From NCBI GenBank assembly GCA_963749705.1, contig CAVVNQ010000022.1, positions 1 through 23,664 of the forward strand: a stretch of 23,664 nucleotides of DNA, in the 5' to 3' direction. The translations under genes were made by a program, and so were the position numbers. This DNA comes from an uncultured Chloroflexia bacterium. Its GTDB lineage: Bacteria; Chloroflexota; Limnocylindria; Limnocylindrales; CSP1-4. Below, one piece after another: positions 19,191 through 23,664 of the stretch; position 1 is the stretch's first letter, and each line of letters begins with the position of its first letter. Below the pieces are notes generated by a model. That model ran no database searches and had not been told where the DNA came from. It saw only the letters and a list, made by a program, of their open reading frames with translations.

Positions 19191-19885
19191 GACGGGCTCC
19201 CGGGATTGGGGTTGGATGCTCGACGCGAGCGTCGGCTGGCCCCCAGCGCCGCGGGCTCCCAGCCGCGAAGGGTTGCGAGCAGCAGGTCGTCGAGCGCCGT
19301 GTTGGCGTCCGTGAACAGCCTGGAGGTAGCGTCGGCATCGAACTCGCGCCGACGGGCGATCGCGCCCAGCTCGGCGATGAACGGGCGCCGGAAGCGCAGG
19401 AACAGGTCGGCCGTCGTTGCCGACCCGAGGCCCTCGCGTCCGGCGATCCGGCCGTACTCGGTGCAGGCGTCCTCCGCATCCCTGAGGAGCTCGCGCCGGC
19501 GGCGCTCATCGGAGGTGTCGAGCGCGGCAACGAGCGCCGTCACGATGCCGCGGCCGTACTGGCGAAAGCGCTCGCGACTCTCGTCGCTGAGCTCGGCGAC
19601 CCACGGGATTCGGCTGGGCGTCTCGTCGGCCGCGCGACGGTAGCCCCGTGCCATCCGGCCCGGTGTCTCGCCAAGGGCGGTGAGCGACGGTCGACCGCTC
19701 GGCTGGTCCGGCAGCAATGCCTGGAGCCCGCCTCGCGAGAAGCGGCGGTGACCGCCCGGGGTCACGAATGTCCGAACCATGCCGCCGTCACCCCAGCGGC
19801 GCACCGTGGACGGCGAGACGCCGAGCAATCGGCAGGCCTCGGTGAGCGTGACCCAGTCGGGGTCGGCGGCTGCTCGGGCTCGCAT
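19187..19885 (-). CDS. Helix-turn-helix (excisionase/BldC/MerR-like) DNA-binding protein with C-terminal helical domain; putative heme operon regulator (232 aa)
   Basis: WVTLTEACRLLGVSPSTVRRWGDGG...TPGGHRRF matches the HTH_17/BldC pattern. The stop overlaps the hemA GTG (GTGA). ATG at 19885 with GGGAGG upstream. Confidence 0.85.
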   Translation of the reverse strand: MRARAAADPDWVTLTEACRLLGVSPSTVRRWGDGGMVRTFVTPGGHRRFSRGGLQALLPDQPSGRPSLTALGETPGRMARGYRRAADETPSRIPWVAELSDESRERFRQYGRGIVTALVAALDTSDERRRRELLRDAEDACTEYGRIAGREGLGSATTADLFLRFRRPFIAELGAIARRREFDADATSRLFTDANTALDDLLLATLRGWEPAALGASRRSRRASNPNPGSPS

Positions 19886-19895
19886 CGGGGACGCA

Positions 19896-19964
19896 AAACC
19901 TCCCAAATCTACCAAACCTTCGCGGAAATCAAAGCATAGTAGGTTTCCCTCGGGGGGGTATCGA
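19896..19964 (-). promoter_or_regulatory. Putative promoter (-35 TCGATA, 17 bp, -10 TACTAT) and direct-repeat operator of the hem operon
   Basis: AT-rich island. -10 at 19936-19941 and -35 at 19959-19964. Plus-strand AAA(C/T)CT occurs at 19896, 19905 and 19914 (9-bp period), with an inverted copy at 19941-19946. Confidence 0.6.
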
Positions 19965-20190
19965 CAGGGCCGTCCGGTCCGCGTATGGCCCGCCGAAGGC
20001 ACGGGTCGGCCGGGACTTCTCGCCGCTCGGTGATGAAATCGGTGGGACCCGCCGACGGCCCGGTTGGCCGCAACGCGCTACCGTTGGCAGCCTCGGACCG
20101 CGGCCCGTAATCGCCGGTGTCGTTCGGCCCTCGGCCTCCCCGACCGGCAGGCGCACGACGTCGCTACCGGCTGCCATGCAGGAGCGTTCC

Positions 20191-20868
20191 ATGACCAGCC
20201 CCGATCCCAACAGCACGGTTCGCTACGCCGTGTGGGCCGTCTATGCACGCGTCGGGTCGCCGCCGGACGGGACCGGTGCTGCGACCGAGCTCGAGGCGTG
20301 GGCCGCGGCACTCGCCGACGACGATGTCGTCCTCCGCGGCTGGTACGACGTCTCGGGCTTGCGCGCCGATGCCGACGTGATGCTCTGGCTCCACGGACCG
20401 AGCGCCGAATCCCTCCAGGCCGCGCTGCGCGGCTTTCGCCGGACGGCCGTCGGTGCGGCCACTGATATCGCGTTCTCGATGATGGGCACCCACCGACCGG
20501 CCGAGTTCAGCCGTGACCACGTGCCGTCGTTCATGCTCGGAACTCGTCCCCTCGGGTGGCTGTGCGTCTACCCCTTCGTCCGGTCATATGAGTGGTACCT
20601 GCTGCCCGACGACGAGCGGCGGGCGATGCTCGCCGAGCACGGCACGGCGGGCCGGGCATTTGCGCGCGTCCAGGCGAACACGGTCGCCGCCTTCGCTCTC
20701 AACGACTACGAGTGGATCCTGGCCCTCGAGTCTGACGATCTCCACGATCTCGTGGACCTCATGCGCGATCTCCGCTCCACGGGGGCGCGGCGGCATGTGC
20801 GCGAGGAGATCCCGTTCCACACCGGCCGGCGGATCGAGGCCGACGGGGTCATCGACGTCCTGCGGTGA
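20191..20868 (+). CDS. hemQ: Coproheme decarboxylase / H2O2-dependent heme synthase (ChdC/HemQ), actinobacterial type
   Basis: Motifs RGWYDVSGLRADAD.M.W.H, HRPAEF..DH.P.F, YPFVRSYEWYLLP..ERRAMLAEHG and AFALNDYEWILA. AGGAG SD before ATG 20191. Confidence 0.93.
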   Translation: MTSPDPNSTVRYAVWAVYARVGSPPDGTGAATELEAWAAALADDDVVLRGWYDVSGLRADADVMLWLHGPSAESLQAALRGFRRTAVGAATDIAFSMMGTHRPAEFSRDHVPSFMLGTRPLGWLCVYPFVRSYEWYLLPDDERRAMLAEHGTAGRAFARVQANTVAAFALNDYEWILALESDDLHDLVDLMRDLRSTGARRHVREEIPFHTGRRIEADGVIDVLR

Positions 20869-21954
20869 CCAGCAACCACGACGCCATCCTCCTGGTCTCG
20901 TTCGGCGGGCCGGACGGCCCCGACGACGTGATGCCGTTCCTCGAGAACGTGACGCGGGGTCGGGGCATCCCACGAGCACGACTCGAGGCGGTGTCCCACC
21001 ACTACCTCGCGCTCGGGGGTGTGAGCCCGATCAATGACCAGAACCGTGCACTCCTGGACGCGCTCCGAGGCGAGTTGGCGGCGCGCCGGGTGGAACTCCC
21101 CCTCTATTGGGGGAACCGGAACTGGGAACCCTTCCTCGCCCCGACGCTGGAGCAGATCCGCGCCGACGGACGCAAGCGTGTCCTCGCGCTCGTGACCAGC
21201 GCATACGCGTCGTACTCGGGCTGCCGTCAGTACCGGGAGGATCTCGCACGAGCCCTCGAGGCCACGGGGCTGTCGGGTGACCTCGTGATCGACAAGGTCC
21301 GCCTGTACTTCGACCACCCGGGGTTCGTCGGACCCTTCGCCGAAGGGCTGGCGACCGCGCTCGCGGAGCTGGCGACGCTCGGGTTCGAACGGGATGAGAC
21401 GCGCGTCATGTTCACGACGCACTCGATCCCGCTGTCGATGGCCGCGGCGTCCGGTCCGCCCGGCGGCTTCGACGCCGGCGGCGCCTACGTGTCCCAGCAT
21501 CAGGCGGCGATCGGCGCCGTGCTCGACGAGGCACGAGCCCGCGGCGCCGACCTGCCCCGATGGTCGCTCGCGTACCAGTCGCGCAGTGGATCCCCGACCG
21601 TCGCCTGGCTCGAGCCGGACATCAACGACGCGCTCCGCGATGCACGAGCGGAGGGGATGCGGGCCGTCGTGGTCGCTCCGATCGGGTTCGTCAGCGACCA
21701 TGTCGAGGTCGTGTGGGACCTCGACCACGAGGTACGCGAGACGTGCGAGACCCTGGGCGTGCGCATGCACCGGGTCGCGACGCCGGGGACCCATGCGCGG
21801 TTCGTGGCCGGCCTTGCCGACCTGATCGAGGAACGCGTTTCGGGCCGGCCGGCCGCGGCCCGCAGCTCACTCGGGCCCTGGCCGTCGACATGCGCGAGCG
21901 ACTGCTGCGCGAACCCGCGCGGCGCGAGCGCCGGCCATCGCCGGAACGGAATAG
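20865..21954 (+). CDS. hemH: Second ferrochelatase (CpfC, actinobacterial type with Cys-rich tail); probable +1 frameshift near 21920-21932 (uncorrected ORF runs to 22145)
   Basis: Motifs LLVSFGGP.GPDDV.PFLENVTRGRGIP, GGVSPIN, YWGNRNW.P, SYSGCRQY, FTTHSIP, WLEPDIND, GFVSDHVEV.WDLD and CASDCCANPR. The shifted frame gives a natural end PAIAGTE* at 21954, whereas the unshifted tail is low-complexity and overlaps the convergent gene. Confidence 0.9.
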
Positions 21955-22029
21955 CCCCCGTCGCATCCCTCATGGCGCAGCGCCGGGCATGGGGCCGCGG
22001 ACTGCGCAAACAGACCGGCCGGGGATCAA

Positions 22030-22056
22030 CGCGGCCGCCGGGTTGCGGCGGCCGCG
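22030..22056. terminator. GC-rich hairpin between convergent genes, possible terminator
   Basis: CGCGGCCGCCG-GGTTG-CGGCGGCCGCG is a perfect 11-bp stem. No clear U-tract. Confidence 0.5.
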
Positions 22057-22102
22057 GATCTGGCGTCAGGCGAATGGCGGTCGACCGCCTCGCCGGGGCG
22101 AG

Positions 22103-23558
22103 CTACTCGCCCGTGTTGATCGTGATGTGCTTGACGAACGTGTAGTCCTCGAGCGCGTACTTGGAGCCGTCCTTGCCGTAGCCCAATTCCTTCACGCCGC
22201 CGTGGGGGGTCTCGGACGACAGCGTGAAGTGCTCGTTGATCCACACGGTGCCGTACTGCAGCCGACGCGCGACGCGCATCGCCTTGCCGATGCTGCCGGT
22301 GAACACCGACGACGCGAGGCCGAACTTGACGTCGTTCGCCCACTGGACGGCCTGCTCCTCGTCGGAGAACCGCTGGACCGTGACGACCGGGCCGAACACC
22401 TCGTCCTGGACGATCTCACTGCCCTGGTCCGGGTTGGCGATGACCGTGGGCTCGAAGTAGGCGCCCGGCCGATCCGGCCGGTGCCCACCAAGCACCAGCT
22501 CGGCCTTGGCCTCGAGCGCTCGATTGACCATGCCCTCGACCTTATCGGCCTGCGCCTGGGCGATGAGCGAGCCCATGTCGAGGTCGTCGGCGTCGGCGGG
22601 GTTGCCCCACTTGATCGTCTTCACCTGGTCGGCGAGCGCCGCGATGAGCGGCTCGTAGACCTTCGGCCCGGCGATCACGCGGCAGGCCGCGGTGCAGTCC
22701 TGGCCACTGTTCCAGTAGCCGGCCGACTTGAGGATCTCGGCCGCGAGGTCGACATCGGCGTCGTCGAACACGATCACGGGCGCCTTGCCACCCAGCTCGA
22801 GATGGAGCTTCTTGACCGTGCCGGCCGCCAGCTCCGCGATGTGCTTTCCGGTCACGGTGTCGCCCGTGATCGAGACCATGCGCACCTTCGGGTGGGACAC
22901 CAGGAAGTCGCCCATCGCGCCGCCCGAGCCCGCCAGGACGTTGAGCACGCCCGCCGGCAGCTGGTCCGCGATCAGCTCGGCGAACCGGAGCGCCGACAGC
23001 GGCGTCCGCGCCGACGGCTTGAGCACGACCGTGTTGCCCGTCGCGAGCGCGGGCCCGAGCTTCCAGGCCGCCATGTACAGCGGGTAGTTCCAGGGCGCGA
23101 TCGAGGCCACGACGCCGATCGGGTCGCGGCGGATCATCGAGGTGTGGCCGTCGAGGTACTCCGTGACCGCGAGCCCCTCGGGGATGCGGCAGGCGCCGGC
23201 GAAGAACCGGAACAGGTCGCTCGAGGTGGCCATCTCGTCGATCGCGGCCGCGGTCGGCTTGCCCGGTCTGGCTCGACTCCAGCCGGCCGAGCTCGTCGCC
23301 GTTGGCGTCGAGGATGTCGGCGATCCTGAGCAGCGCGAGGCTGCGCGTCTGGGGCGTGGTCAGCGACCAGCTCTCGAACGCGTCCGCGGCGGCGTCGACG
23401 GCGCGGTTGACGTCCTCCAGGCCTGATGCGGGGACCGTGGCGACGACCTCGCCCGAGGCGGGGTTCTCGACATCGAGCGTCGCTCCTGAGACGGCGTCCA
23501 CCCACTGGCCGCCGATGAACTGCTGGTACGACTTGACGGGGTTGAGGGTCTCGGTCAC
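22103..23558 (-). CDS. NAD-dependent aldehyde dehydrogenase, gamma-aminobutyraldehyde dehydrogenase (PatD/YdcW)-like; apparent +1 frameshift at 23262-23264
   Basis: 5' part has FIGGQWV and VENPASGEV. 3' part has HTSMIRRDPIGVV.SIAPWNYPL.MAAWKL, LELGGKAP, NSGQDCTAA and EVFGPV. Removing one C restores SQTGKP. GTG at 23558 with GGAGG SD. Confidence 0.9.
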
Positions 23559-23664
23559 TGGAGCCTCCATCGGCACGGATGCGCGCTCGTCGCTGACGGG
23601 ATGATCACCCCGGATTGTGCGCCTGCCCGCGGCGGCGTTCCACCCCGGGCCCACGTCGCGCGAC

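Noticed and set aside
19187-19885. Excisionase-like HTH as evidence for a prophage or integrative element
   Set aside because: There is no integrase, att site or phage gene. The HTH is fused to a large extra domain and coupled to hemA, which fits a transcription factor.
19965-20084. Possible cobalamin or other riboswitch in the divergent hem intergenic region
   Set aside because: I could not find the conserved B12-box or GGGAA core, or any other recognisable riboswitch consensus, on either strand.
22062-22074. GGCGTCAGGCGAA, identical to the junction of the 9016-9064 tandem repeat and also in a convergent intergenic region
   Set aside because: A single GC-rich 13-mer match is plausible by chance in a window of this size and composition. 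A genome-wide count would be needed to call it a dispersed repeat.
21955-22145. C-terminal extension of the second ferrochelatase in the ORF track
   Set aside because: It is low-complexity, runs through a hairpin and overlaps the convergent dehydrogenase. A +1 frameshift with the true stop at 21954 explains it better.

Overview
This is a very GC-rich bacterial chromosomal window. Gene style suggests Chloroflexota or Actinomycetota, but taxonomy cannot be proven from the sequence alone. The left part carries a double zinc-ribbon (CxxC-x17-CxxC) gene, an nnrE-small membrane protein-glpD-glpK operon, two tandem exported C39-like cysteine peptidases, mutY and an LLM-class oxidoreductase. The centre and right carry a complete, translationally coupled coproporphyrin-dependent heme pathway on the minus strand: regulator-hemA-hemC/hemD fusion-hemB-hemL-hemE-hemH-radical SAM-hemY. 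A divergent Actinobacteria-style hemQ(chdC)-second hemH pair and an aminobutyraldehyde-dehydrogenase-like gene follow. The best candidate for an undescribed system has three parts. (1) A BldC/excisionase-like HTH protein with a helical, possibly globin-like sensor domain heads the heme operon and has 9-bp-phased direct repeats in its own leader. (2) A His-Pro-repeat radical SAM/SPASM enzyme with an altered cysteine pattern sits between hemH and hemY. (3) A second terminal module (ChdC plus Cys-tailed chelatase) is divergently transcribed, suggesting two switchable routes for the last steps of heme synthesis. Three genes show single +1 frameshifts, most likely sequencing errors. No rRNA, tRNA, CRISPR array or mobile element was recognised.
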